Source: Acidobacteriota bacterium (GTDB lineage: Bacteria; Acidobacteriota; UBA6911; JACQSX01). From it: DNA of 27,608 nucleotides. How positions within the stretch are numbered: position 1 is the first letter of the stretch; the number at the start of each line of letters is the position of its first letter. A model generated the notes under the pieces. That model did not search any database and had not been told where the DNA came from. It saw nothing but the letters and a program-made list of their open reading frames with translations. Location: assembly GCA_036507075.1 (NCBI GenBank), contig DASXQR010000002.1:1-27608 (forward strand), given 5' to 3'. Made by a program: the position numbers and the translations under genes. This document shows, piece by piece, positions 16,994 to 27,608 of this stretch.

Positions 16994-18655
16994 ATGACAT
17001 CGAAATTCTGCCTGCTGGCTCTTCCGCTTCTGGCCCTTGCAATGCAAACCAGGCCCGACTTTGACCTGCTGATCCTTGGCGGGCGCATCGTCGACGGGAC
17101 AGGCAATCCTTCCTACGTTGCCGATGTAGGAGTACGTTCGGGCAAAATTGCCGCCATGGGCCGCCTGCAGGAAAAAATGGCCGCACGCACCATCGATGCT
17201 CGCGGATTCACGGTCGCCCCCGGGTTTATCGATATCCACAATCATTCTGACGAGACCGTGCTGATCGATGGAAACGCGGAAAGCATGGTGCGCCAGGGTG
17301 TCACATCAATGATTCTGGGCGAAGGAGGTTCGGCGGCCCCGCGCGGCGGTCGTCAGGAAAGGACCGCGGAAGCAGGAGACTGGACGGACTTCACCGGTTA
17401 CTTCGCCAGGCTTCTAAAACAGGGGGTTTCAACCAACATCGGGAGTTACGTCGGATCGAGCCAGATCTGGACTTATGTTCATGGTCCGAGTGCCGGACCA
17501 GTCACGGGTGAGGAGATTCAGCAGATGCGCGTCCTGGTTCGCCAGGCAATGGAGCAGGGCGCTCTGGGAGTTGCCAGCTCGCTCAGCGGTCCGCCGGGTG
17601 CCTGGATCGACACGGACAGCTTGGTGGCGATGTGTGAGGAGGCCGCTCGATTTGGCGGCGCTTATTCGACTCACATGAGAACCGAAGGAAACGGCGTATT
17701 CGAAGCCGTAGCCGAGGCCCTGGAGATCAGTCGCAGAGCCGACATCCCGGTTGACATTATTCATTTGAAGATCGCCGATCGGCGGATGTGGGGTCGCATG
17801 CCGGAACTGGTTTCCCTGATTGCGGACGCAAGAGCGGCGGGACGGCAGGTGCAGGCCAACGTCTATCCGTACCGCGCCGGCCAGAATAATCTGTCCAGCA
17901 TCATTCCTCCGTGGGCTCACGAAGGCGGGAGCAGTCAGATGCTGAACAGACTCAAAGATCCCCGGCTTCGCCCGCGACTGGAAGATGAGATCCTGCACGG
18001 CATACCAAACAGTACCTGGTATAACCATTACCTTGCCACCGGTGGATGGGACGGAATGCTGCTGGTTTCGCTGACGAACCCGGATTACAAAAAGTATGAA
18101 GGGAAGCGGATGAGCGAGGTGATCGCCGATCGCAAGGCGGATCCGATTTCCGTCCTTTTTGATCTGCTGCAGGCCAACGGAGGATCGGTGCCGACCGTGT
18201 ATTTTCATCATTCTGAAGAAGACATGAGGTATGCCTTGCGCCAGCCGTTTGTGTCCATCGGTTCGGATGGAACCGCAGTAAAGACAGAAGGTCCGCTTTC
18301 GAAAAGCAATCCCCACCCGCGGTACTACGGCACGTTCCCCCGGGTGCTGGGCCGTTACGTGCGGCAGGAAAAAGTACTCTCGCTTGAAGACGCAATTCGC
18401 AAAATGACTTCTGCAAATGCGGCGAAAATCCGTGTTTATGATCGCGGCTTGCTGAGGCCGGGGATGGCCGCCGATGTCACCGTATTCAATGCCGATTCGG
18501 TCATCGACCATGCCACTTATGAGAAACCCCATCAGTACGCCGGCGGCATCGAGTATGTGATCGTAAACGGAAAGGTGGTGCTCGATCGGGCGCGCCACAC
18601 CGGCGCCCGCCCGGGCGTCATCCTTTACGGTCCCGGCAAAGGCTTGAACCGCTGA
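16994..18655 (+). CDS. N-acyl-D-amino-acid deacylase family amidohydrolase, predicted secreted
   Basis: GGRIVDGTG, APGFIDIHNHSD, THMRTEG, IIHLK, IGSDG, HPRYYGTFPRVLG. Confidence 0.92.
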   Translation: MTSKFCLLALPLLALAMQTRPDFDLLILGGRIVDGTGNPSYVADVGVRSGKIAAMGRLQEKMAARTIDARGFTVAPGFIDIHNHSDETVLIDGNAESMVRQGVTSMILGEGGSAAPRGGRQERTAEAGDWTDFTGYFARLLKQGVSTNIGSYVGSSQIWTYVHGPSAGPVTGEEIQQMRVLVRQAMEQGALGVASSLSGPPGAWIDTDSLVAMCEEAARFGGAYSTHMRTEGNGVFEAVAEALEISRRADIPVDIIHLKIADRRMWGRMPELVSLIADARAAGRQVQANVYPYRAGQNNLSSIIPPWAHEGGSSQMLNRLKDPRLRPRLEDEILHGIPNSTWYNHYLATGGWDGMLLVSLTNPDYKKYEGKRMSEVIADRKADPISVLFDLLQANGGSVPTVYFHHSEEDMRYALRQPFVSIGSDGTAVKTEGPLSKSNPHPRYYGTFPRVLGRYVRQEKVLSLEDAIRKMTSANAAKIRVYDRGLLRPGMAADVTVFNADSVIDHATYEKPHQYAGGIEYVIVNGKVVLDRARHTGARPGVILYGPGKGLNR

Positions 18656-18685
18656 AAAGATTTACCGCGAAGGAGATTGCAGAGT

Positions 18686-18711
18686 CTGGCTTGGTGCCTT
18701 GGTGGTTCATT
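18686..18711. repeat. Right arm of dispersed element
   Basis: CTGGCTTGGTGCCTTGGTGGTTCATT, followed by a T run. Confidence 0.8.
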
Positions 18712-18806
18712 TTTTTTGTCGCAGTCTCGCCAAGATGCCGTTACCGCTAAACCGTAACCCGTAACGCTGTGTTATCATTACCGCCTTTCCCAACCCGAGG
18801 AGAAAA

Positions 18807-19226
18807 ATGCGAACCATAAGTTGGATTCTTCTGGCCATTGTAGCGGTGTTGACGCTTCTTGGAAGTTTGGCTTCCGCCGGTCTGGCATACGCCGGCAGCA
18901 GCGACGCGATTGCCTCCACGACGATTAAGGACCTCGCGGCCGGACGGCTGGATATTTTAACGGCCCTCCGGGCCCGGCGCGCCACTGCGGCGGCTTACGC
19001 GGCAGCCTTTGCTGTGCTGCTTCTGATTGTGGTGCTGCTTCCTTACCGCCGCGGGGATGTCTGGAGCTGGTGGGCGATTCTGATCTCCACCGGCGTGCTG
19101 TTCCTTATCTCGGCTGTTCGAATTCCAGTTCTCAGCACCAGAGCAGGCACAGGCGGAGCCGCCATCCAATTCGGCGTGGTCCTGGTGGCGCTGCTGCTGG
19201 ATGCAAAAAGACTGCGGAGCGCGTGA
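18807..19226 (+). CDS. Hypothetical membrane protein (about 4 TM segments)
   Basis: GAGGAG RBS; four hydrophobic stretches; PYRRGDVWSWW loop. Confidence 0.75.
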   Translation: MRTISWILLAIVAVLTLLGSLASAGLAYAGSSDAIASTTIKDLAAGRLDILTALRARRATAAAYAAAFAVLLLIVVLLPYRRGDVWSWWAILISTGVLFLISAVRIPVLSTRAGTGGAAIQFGVVLVALLLDAKRLRSA

Positions 19227-19285
19227 TAGGCCCGGCGCTGTGTAACAAGTTGGCAACTTCTTGTTTTTTTTTGGCAAAGTTTTTC

Positions 19286-19864
19286 AAAGCCGTCGACGTT
19301 CACGAGCAGGTCCTTACAGTGGCAGAGCCACAACCAAAAAGAAGGCACGTCCTAGTGCCAACCAGTCTAAAGGATTGAATTGTCGGTCTGGACGCTGAAA
19401 GCGTCAAAGAGAATAGCCGGGGGCAAGCGCGTTTTTTGCGCGCCGCCCCCGGTCAGCTTCCCCAAACCAGCGCACCCTGAAAGGGTGCCAGAACTGTTTT
19501 CAAGATCGCCGTCGCCACGCCGCTCTTCGACCCTTTCAGGGTCGCTCCTGATTGGGGGGCTCGACCGGGGGCGGCGCGCAAAAGACGCGCTTGCCCCCGG
19601 CTACTCTCCGTGACCGCTTCGCGGTCTGGAGACGGCCCTCAGGCCGTCTCTCCGCTTCCTAACGTGCAATGAAAAATGTGGTTAAAAAAACCAGAACTCA
19701 CGGTTCGGTAGCACGTCAACGTCCACGATTACGTTTACGACTTCGCTTGGTTCGTCACAGATCGCGCTGAACCGAGCGGTGTTGTTGTGGTCCGTGTTCG
19801 TAGACATTAGACGTGGTCGTTGGCGTGGACATGCTCGTGAACGTCGACGGCTTTTTGGTTGCGG
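19286..19864. repeat. Outer 6-mer-periodic inverted-repeat element
   Basis: 19286-19313 and 19827-19854 are 27/28 complementary; CACGTC/AACGTC/CACGAT/TACGTT units at 19712-19741. Confidence 0.75.
19391..19626. mobile_element. Non-autonomous palindromic (MITE/REPIN-like) element with four short hairpins
   Basis: 46-nt arms 19409-19454 / 19563-19608; hairpins GACGCTGAAAGCGTC, GCACCCTGAAAGGGTGC, CGACCCTTTCAGGGTCG, GACCGCTTCGCGGTC; related copy at 24737-24905; mobility inferred. Confidence 0.65.
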
Positions 19865-19951
19865 TCTATTGGCCGCGCTGTGTCTTTGTGGTGATTTTAT
19901 CCGGAACTTTTCAGGCCCCTGCTTCGTTTTTCCAAGTGAAGGGGGTGTGAC

Positions 19952-20194
19952 ATGTTCTCAATGCTCCTGTTCGGGGTCTTTCTGGCAGTGGGAATTTTTA
20001 TTGTCCTGGCAAAACTGGCTATCCTGGCGATTGCCATTCCTTTGAAGCTGGCCGGTATGATCGGAGGCCTGGTGGTGGCCATCATTGCTGTCGTTTTTGT
20101 CCTGACGGTGGGGGTGGTTCTGCTTCCATTGGTCCTTCTGTTTGCCGTCCCACTGGCCTTGCTTGCCGGACTTGTCTGGCTGTTAATGCCCTGA
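19952..20194 (+). CDS. Small highly hydrophobic membrane protein
   Basis: 80-aa ORF, almost entirely hydrophobic, purine-rich RBS-like GAAGGGGG upstream. Confidence 0.65.
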   Translation: MFSMLLFGVFLAVGIFIVLAKLAILAIAIPLKLAGMIGGLVVAIIAVVFVLTVGVVLLPLVLLFAVPLALLAGLVWLLMP

Positions 20195-20215
20195 TGCGCT
20201 ATCAAAGTTTAAAAG

Positions 20216-20298
20216 CCTGGTGTCCTGGCGGTTAAAAAATAACGAACCACCAAGACACCAAGCGAGCCCGTTTCGCGCTTTCGCGCCTTCGCGGTTAA
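20216..20298. repeat. Right arm + left arm junction followed by a variant right arm
   Basis: CCTGGTGTCCTGGCGGTT (20216-20233), AACCACCAAGACACCAAG (20245-20262), TTTCGCGC-TTTCGCGC-CTTCGCGGTTAA (20271-20298). Confidence 0.8.
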
Positions 20299-20315
20299 AT
20301 TCACCGACTCCCAAC

Positions 20316-20343
20316 TTGACTTTTGTTCAAAAAAGAGTTCAAT
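20316..20343 (+). promoter_or_regulatory. Possible sigma70 promoter for the molybdoenzyme operon
   Basis: TTGACT-16 nt-TTCAAT ending 17 nt before ATG 20360. Confidence 0.3.
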
Positions 20344-20359
20344 CTCCTCAGATTGGCCC

Positions 20360-20859
20360 ATGAAAAAAATCACCCTTTTCGTCAATGGAATCCGGCGCCA
20401 GGTTGAGTCGGATCCCGATCGCAGCCTGCTTCAGGTACTGCGCGAAGAACTCGATCTGACCGGCGCCAAGTACGGCTGCGGGGAAGGTCAGTGCGGCGCG
20501 TGTACGGTTTTGATCGGGGCGCGGGCCCGGCGCTCCTGCGTCACGATGCTCTCTGAGGCAGAGGGAAAGCAGGTCACAACCATTGAAGGTCTCGCCGCAG
20601 AGGCGCCGGGAGCCACTCCCGGCGCAGGCCGGCTTCATCCTCTGCAGGAGGCATTTCTAAAGGCGGGGGCCATGCAATGCGGTTACTGCACGCCTGGAAT
20701 GATCATGGCCGGCGTAGCGTTCCTGCAGCGCACCAGCAATCCTTCAGACGAAGAAATCCTGCGCTCCATGCAAGGCAATGTTTGCCGCTGCGGAACTTAT
20801 CCCCGCATTGTCGGAGCCATCCGCGAGGCTGGAATGGTGCTGCGGAAGGACGGCAAGAA

Positions 20860-20863
<4 letters not shown>
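20360..20863 (+). CDS. (2Fe-2S)-binding small subunit, IorA/CoxS-like
   Basis: LTGAKYGCGEGQCGAC, SCVT, QCGYCTPG, NVCRCGTY. Confidence 0.95.
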
Positions 20864-23076
<2,213 letters not shown>

Positions 23077-23202
23077 CACGGATCATCCGCGTATTTCGCG
23101 TAAGTCAGCCCTTGAAAGGGTCCGGGCTCGTAATCTTGCATTGCTAACACGGATCATCCGCGTATTTCGCGTAAATCGGCGGCCCGTTTTAATCCGTGTA
23201 AA

Positions 23203-24579
23203 TCAGCGGCTAAATACTACTCTTCCCCCCTCGAAGCGCGCGCGGTACCTGGCCTGCGGCGGGAACATTTCTACGATCTCCGCTGTCAGGTCACTCCGAC
23301 TGAATACCAGTTGCACCGCCGACTGGACGCTGATTGCATCGAGGTTTCGGGGGATTGACGCAAAGTAGATTGTTGCATTCGGTCCAGGCTGAGGAATCTG
23401 GCGCAGGCCTGAAATGAAAGAGCGGTATTCGTTGCTCAGGTCGCGCACCCAGTTCCGCTCGTGTTGGGTGAGGCTGACCTGCGTTTTATAGTGCCAATGC
23501 GCTGCCAGAACAAAGACAATTACACCCACGACTGTGGCAGCGCGGGGATAACGCGCGGCACTGCGCGCTAATTGTGCGACAAAGAGCGCGATCAGCCCGC
23601 ACGGTCCGACAGCGGGAATGTACCAGTAGAGTGTTCCGCGATGGTTAACAAGAAATACCACTGGCAGCAGCGTTATCAGCGTATAGAGAAGGAAAAACAA
23701 TACCCAGGGCCAGCGCCGCCACACCGCCAGCAGGCCGAGGACTGCGGCCAGCCCGGCCCACAATCCCGCGGGGACTTTGGTTTCGTAGGCCGCATTCGCA
23801 TACCAGACGTATCCCTGGAATAACGCCCTGGGAGAAAAATCCATATGGTACGGATCCGTTGGCGGCGTCCCGTGCATCATCCCGGCTTTCACATACAGGA
23901 ACCAGAGACCGACCAGCGACGGCGCAGCCAGGCGCTTCATCAGCGACAACGCCCAGCGGCCCAGCGGCTGGTCATTGGGCCGAATCAGCAGATCGTATAA
24001 GAGCCATATACACGGCAGGGTGATGGCCATTTCTTTGGAATTGCAGGCGACAAAGTATATGAACGGAAGGGCGATGAGTCCTGCCGGCGTGTTTCCCCAT
24101 CGCGCGTATATGAGCAGTCCAAGCAGAAACCACAAGCCGGCCAGGACTTCATAGATGTTGGCGAACGAATAGAATACGCTGCTAAAAGACACCTGGAACG
24201 TAAAGAACAGCGTGCCAAAGGCCGCAGCATATGATGACTGCGTGGCAAAGCGCAGTAGCAAGAATAATAGGAAGGCATTAACGGCGTGCAGCGCCGCTCC
24301 GGCGATTCGATACGGCATCGGTTGCAGGTCGGCCAGCCGAACCATTGCCCAGAATGCCGCAGCGCCAGCAGGACGAAACGTGCTGGCGGCCGGGCGCGTG
24401 TTGTCGCGCATCAGGCCGGTTATGTTGTAGCGTTGTGCCAGTGCCAGGTTGTTGAAGTCATCCGCATAAAAGTAGCCAAACGAATACAGCCGAAACGCTC
24501 CGAAAATTACGAGCAACAACGTGCCTGAGATCACACAGCCCGCGACGAATTTCAGTATTGTCTCTATTCTTGCCCGCAT
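23203..24579 (-). CDS. Multi-pass membrane protein, GT-C (PMT/ArnT-like) glycosyltransferase-like
   Basis: YFYADDF after TM1, FRP motif, LHAVNAFLLFLLL, SKEMAITLP, many TM helices; GAGG upstream of ATG 24579. Confidence 0.8.
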   Translation of the reverse strand: MRARIETILKFVAGCVISGTLLLVIFGAFRLYSFGYFYADDFNNLALAQRYNITGLMRDNTRPAASTFRPAGAAAFWAMVRLADLQPMPYRIAGAALHAVNAFLLFLLLRFATQSSYAAAFGTLFFTFQVSFSSVFYSFANIYEVLAGLWFLLGLLIYARWGNTPAGLIALPFIYFVACNSKEMAITLPCIWLLYDLLIRPNDQPLGRWALSLMKRLAAPSLVGLWFLYVKAGMMHGTPPTDPYHMDFSPRALFQGYVWYANAAYETKVPAGLWAGLAAVLGLLAVWRRWPWVLFFLLYTLITLLPVVFLVNHRGTLYWYIPAVGPCGLIALFVAQLARSAARYPRAATVVGVIVFVLAAHWHYKTQVSLTQHERNWVRDLSNEYRSFISGLRQIPQPGPNATIYFASIPRNLDAISVQSAVQLVFSRSDLTAEIVEMFPPQARYRARFEGGRVVFSR

Positions 24580-24687
24580 CTCTTCTATGCCCTCTTGAGG
24601 GTTACCATGGAGAGAGAAGGCAGTAAATAGATTTAGGTGTTCGATTATGCCCACACAAGTCTGTTTGAAGCACGGATCCGAGAAGAT

Positions 24688-24709
24688 GTAGCGCCGGCCT
24701 CTGGCCGGC
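24688..24709 (+). repeat. GTAG-tagged REP-like palindrome
   Basis: GTAG-C-GCCGGCC-TCT-GGCCGGC. Confidence 0.7.
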
Positions 24710-24736
24710 ATACCCTTCGGCGGACGGGGTGCTGGG

Positions 24737-24905
24737 CTGTAGCCGGAGGTTGGCGCGTTTTGTGCGCGTAACCCGGCTCCAGAAACCAGTAATGCAATGC
24801 GCCCCGATCCGGGGCGCCAATGTTGGGTGGTTTTGCGGACCGGGGGTAGGCGCAAAAAACGCGCCAACCCCCGGCTGCAGGCTCAACGCCCCCTTCCGGG
24901 GCGTC
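24737..24905. mobile_element. Second, diverged copy of the 19391-19626 palindromic element family
   Basis: CTGTAGCCGGAGGTTGGCGCGTTTTGTGCGC pairs with GCGCAAAAAACGCGCCAACCCCCGGCTGCAG; hairpins GCGCCCCGATCCGGGGCGC and ACGCCCC...GGGGCGT. Confidence 0.6.
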
Positions 24906-25067
24906 CCAGTGTGACGCAGTTCCGAGATAGCAAGGCCCGTAGGTATTCACCGCATCACTACCGTAGTCCCGGTGCTGTCCTAAGTCGTGTTAGGTCAAGA
25001 CCGTAGTCCCGCCATGCTTGATTTCGTCCAGGGTGCGTGAAAGAATTCGACGACGACACGAGCCGTT

Positions 25068-25529
25068 ATGGAAACCACTACACGTTTTAATAAAAGATTT
25101 CCACGTCTTATCGGGCCAATCACAATCTTCTTCCTCGCCGCTTCGATGTGCGCCTGCTCGCGCTCAGGTAAGGGAAATGAGGGTGCCGGTACCGCTGTTG
25201 ATCAGCCGAAGCCGGGAAAAGCGGAGTCGGGAGCCACCGGAACGATTACGGCAAGCCCAAATCCCCTTAAGGTTTGCGATGGATCAGGGTTGGGCGTTGC
25301 GACGGTAAGCTGGTCTGTCTCAGGGGCCGACTATGTCGAAGTGCATGTGGGCTCTCCGGGGGGACCGCTGCTCACGTTCGGCGGCAAGGGCGGCTCTGTC
25401 GCCACGGGAAAATGGGTGGGCAACGGAACCACGTTTTACCTGCAGGATGTCACCGGGAAACGGCCGCCCAACGAAGCCAACACAATTTCTTCAATTCGGG
25501 TCAGCGTCACTTCCGAAGGTTGTCCCTGA
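25068..25529 (+). CDS. Putative lipoprotein with a small beta-sandwich domain
   Basis: Basic N-terminus, hydrophobic core, lipobox-like MCA-C-S, low-complexity linker, beta-rich domain GTITASPNP...FYLQDV. Confidence 0.7.
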   Translation: METTTRFNKRFPRLIGPITIFFLAASMCACSRSGKGNEGAGTAVDQPKPGKAESGATGTITASPNPLKVCDGSGLGVATVSWSVSGADYVEVHVGSPGGPLLTFGGKGGSVATGKWVGNGTTFYLQDVTGKRPPNEANTISSIRVSVTSEGCP

Positions 25530-25553
25530 CTAGCAAGATTCTCTAACAGACTT

Positions 25554-25591
25554 TCGAATGCGGAATGCGGAATTCCGCAATCCGCATTCGA
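25554..25591. repeat. Minimal copy of the 7-mer GAATGCG inverted element
   Basis: TCGAATGCGGAATGCGGAATTCCGCAATCCGCATTCGA. Confidence 0.85.
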
Positions 25592-25609
25592 GGTTGCCTG
25601 GCAAAATCG

Positions 25610-25870
25610 GTGACGATTTCTACCGCAGACATACATTCCCTGATCACCGAGTTGTTCCTTCGAACACCACAGAAAGCCATGCTGCGTCCGGATACGGATC
25701 TGCTGGCCAGCGGCATATGCGATTCCATGGGAATGATGGACCTGGCGCTGGAAATCGAGAAGCGGTACGGCCTCAGGATTCGTGATCAGGAAGTTAATCG
25801 CGCAAATCTCGGTTCCATCCAGCGGATTTTGAATTTCATTTCGAGTAAAGGCGTCGCAACCGCTGAATGA
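25610..25870 (+). CDS. Acyl carrier protein (DltC-like sequence pattern)
   Basis: DTDLLASGICDSMGMMDL phosphopantetheine motif, NLGSIQRI; GTG start chosen downstream of the repeat. Confidence 0.85.
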   Translation: MTISTADIHSLITELFLRTPQKAMLRPDTDLLASGICDSMGMMDLALEIEKRYGLRIRDQEVNRANLGSIQRILNFISSKGVATAE

Positions 25871-27579
25871 CGTTTCCTTCTTCTGAAACTCTGAATTCCG
25901 TTTTGCGGAGGCGCTTACTCGATGACCCGCAGGAAGAGCTGTGCCGGCTGATATTTGCCGATGGCCCGGAGGCTGCCTTCTCCACGCAGGATTTTTTGCG
26001 GCGCTCCACAGCATACTGCCGGTTTTTTCGAACTCACTCCAGCCGCCAACAGCAGTTGGTGTGCGTTTGTCTTTACCACAGCCTGGATTTGTTGGCCGCA
26101 TTCACGGGCGCTTTCCTTGCCGGCCAGATTCCCAGTATGGTGGCGCCTCCCTCGCCGCGCATGGAACCGCAGAAATACAGGCTCTCGTTCCGTCGCATCC
26201 TGGAGCACTTGAGACCCGAGTATTTCGTGACCGAGCAGCCCGTTCTCCAAAGTCTGGGAGGACTGGCCGGCTCAATTGACTGCCGGCTGGTGTCGACCAA
26301 TGAGATCTCATCGATGACCGACGCAGAGCTGACGGCTCACTGGGCAGAGCCATCCCCGGATGCCGTCGTGCTGCTGCAGCATTCATCCGGCACCACCGGC
26401 CTTCAGAAGGGAGTGGCCCTCAGCCATCGGGCGGTTCTTGCCCAGATCGGGCATTATGCCGGAGTGCTGGGTTTGACCGGGCAGGACCGGATCGTGTCCT
26501 GGCTGCCGCTTTACCACGATATGGGCTTGATCGCCTGCTTTCTGCTTCCTCTGCTTTGGCAGGTGCCCTTTGTGCAGATCTCTCCATTTGACTGGGTGAC
26601 GCGGCCAATGATGCTGTTCGAAGCACTTCACCGATGTCGGGGAACACTGTGTTTTCTGCCGAATTTTGCTTATGAATTTCTGGCCGCCGGCATCCGGCTG
26701 AGCCAGATGGAAGGGTTCTCGCTTCAGTCGGTCAGAGGATTCATCAACTGTTCCGAGCCGGTGAGCGCGGCCACTCACCGCCGTTTTCATGCGCGATTCA
26801 AAGATGCAGGCGTACATCCCGAAAAACTCTGGAGCTGTTATGCCATGGCGGAAAATGTCTTCGCCGTTACCCAATCCGAGCCGGCGGCGAGCCTGAAAGT
26901 GGAGCGGGTGGATCGCGACGTTTTCATCGCCAGCCACAAGGCCGAGGAGATTGACAGTTCTTCCCGCGAACGACCGGTACGCGAATTTGTGTCGTGCGGA
27001 AGGCCGATACCGGGGACGCTGGTTGAAGTCCGCGATCCGTCGGGCCGCAAATGTGCCGAACGCACGGTGGGCGAGATTTGCATCCGCGGGGACTCTCTTT
27101 TTACAGGATACTACGGGCGCGACGACCTGACGTGCGAGGCCTTCTGGGAAGATCACTGGTACAGAACGGGCGATCTGGGCTATCTTTCCGGCGGTGAATT
27201 GTATGTCACCGGCCGCAAGAAGGATTTGATCATCGTCCAGGGACGGAATTTTTACCCCGGCGATATCGAGGCGATCGTATCGGCAACACCCGGAATCGTT
27301 CCCGGCCGCGCCGTGGCCTTCGGATTGATGGACGAAAGGACCGGGACCGAAAAGATCGTTGTGCTGGCCGAAACCAACGTATCCTTGCCGGAAGAACTGG
27401 AGAAAATCCAACTGGCAGTCAGGACTGAGGTGGCCCAGCAGCTCGATTGCACGATCGGGGATCTGCACCTGCTGCCCGAGCGGTGGCTCGTCAAATCGAC
27501 GTCGGGCAAAATCGCCCGACCCGACAATAAAGAAAAGTTCATACGCGAATTGATGCCGGGACCGGAGCCGCGTGCCTAA
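25867..27579 (+). CDS. AMP-binding enzyme, fatty acyl-AMP ligase-like
   Basis: ATGA overlap with ACP; QHSSGTTGLQKG, VSWLPLYHDMGLI, CYAMAEN, RTGDLG, GRKKDLII, KSTSGK. Confidence 0.92.
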   Translation: MTFPSSETLNSVLRRRLLDDPQEELCRLIFADGPEAAFSTQDFLRRSTAYCRFFRTHSSRQQQLVCVCLYHSLDLLAAFTGAFLAGQIPSMVAPPSPRMEPQKYRLSFRRILEHLRPEYFVTEQPVLQSLGGLAGSIDCRLVSTNEISSMTDAELTAHWAEPSPDAVVLLQHSSGTTGLQKGVALSHRAVLAQIGHYAGVLGLTGQDRIVSWLPLYHDMGLIACFLLPLLWQVPFVQISPFDWVTRPMMLFEALHRCRGTLCFLPNFAYEFLAAGIRLSQMEGFSLQSVRGFINCSEPVSAATHRRFHARFKDAGVHPEKLWSCYAMAENVFAVTQSEPAASLKVERVDRDVFIASHKAEEIDSSSRERPVREFVSCGRPIPGTLVEVRDPSGRKCAERTVGEICIRGDSLFTGYYGRDDLTCEAFWEDHWYRTGDLGYLSGGELYVTGRKKDLIIVQGRNFYPGDIEAIVSATPGIVPGRAVAFGLMDERTGTEKIVVLAETNVSLPEELEKIQLAVRTEVAQQLDCTIGDLHLLPERWLVKSTSGKIARPDNKEKFIRELMPGPEPRA

Positions 27580-27594
27580 GCGCGAAGTATTCAT

Positions 27595-27608
27595 GTAGGG
27601 GCGGCCTA
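27595..27608 (+). repeat. Start of a probable GTAG-type REP truncated by the window end
   Basis: GTAGGGGCGGCCTA after the ligase stop codon. Confidence 0.4.

Noticed and set aside
18737..18768. CCGTAAC heptamer run as a separate element
   Set aside because: Short and degenerate with no clear partner arm; possibly a relic but not supportable
24580..24867. Upstream extensions of ORFs (also 6830-6964, 10151-10270, 20677-20859, 25565-25609)
   Set aside because: They translate repeat DNA or overlap a neighbouring gene and lack family-like sequence
24960..25010. ACCGTAGTCCC direct repeat as a riboswitch or ncRNA
   Set aside because: Only an 11-bp repeat 40 nt apart; no recognisable RNA family structure

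Overview
Moderately GC-rich bacterial chromosomal segment. The gene repertoire (Tat-signal sugar epimerase and SelA-like enzyme, PVC-type CxxCH heme protein, CarboxypepD-type TonB receptor N-terminus) suggests Acidobacteriota or a similar soil lineage; this is inference only. It holds about 18 credible CDSs, mostly exported hydrolases and redox proteins. They include a 1405-aa multidomain HEAT/di-heme protein, CocE/NonD and other alpha/beta hydrolases, a Nal1-like serine protease, a D-aminoacylase-like enzyme, an IorAB-like molybdoenzyme, a GT-C-like membrane protein, and an ACP plus acyl-AMP ligase. There is also one truncated TonB-receptor gene. I found no rRNA, tRNA, CRISPR array, integrase or transposase. 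The most striking signal is non-coding: most of the longer intergenic gaps are filled with short inverted-repeat elements from about seven sequence families, often nested inside one another and sometimes recruited into gene ends. One family (left arm AACCACCAAGRCACCAAG, right arm CTTGGTGYCYTGGTGGTT, plus variants) has about 12 loci. It brackets three minus-strand genes or fragments as left arm-cargo-right arm units, joined by right arm-left arm hairpin junctions. This may be the footprint of an undescribed gene-capturing non-autonomous mobile system; that interpretation is a hypothesis.
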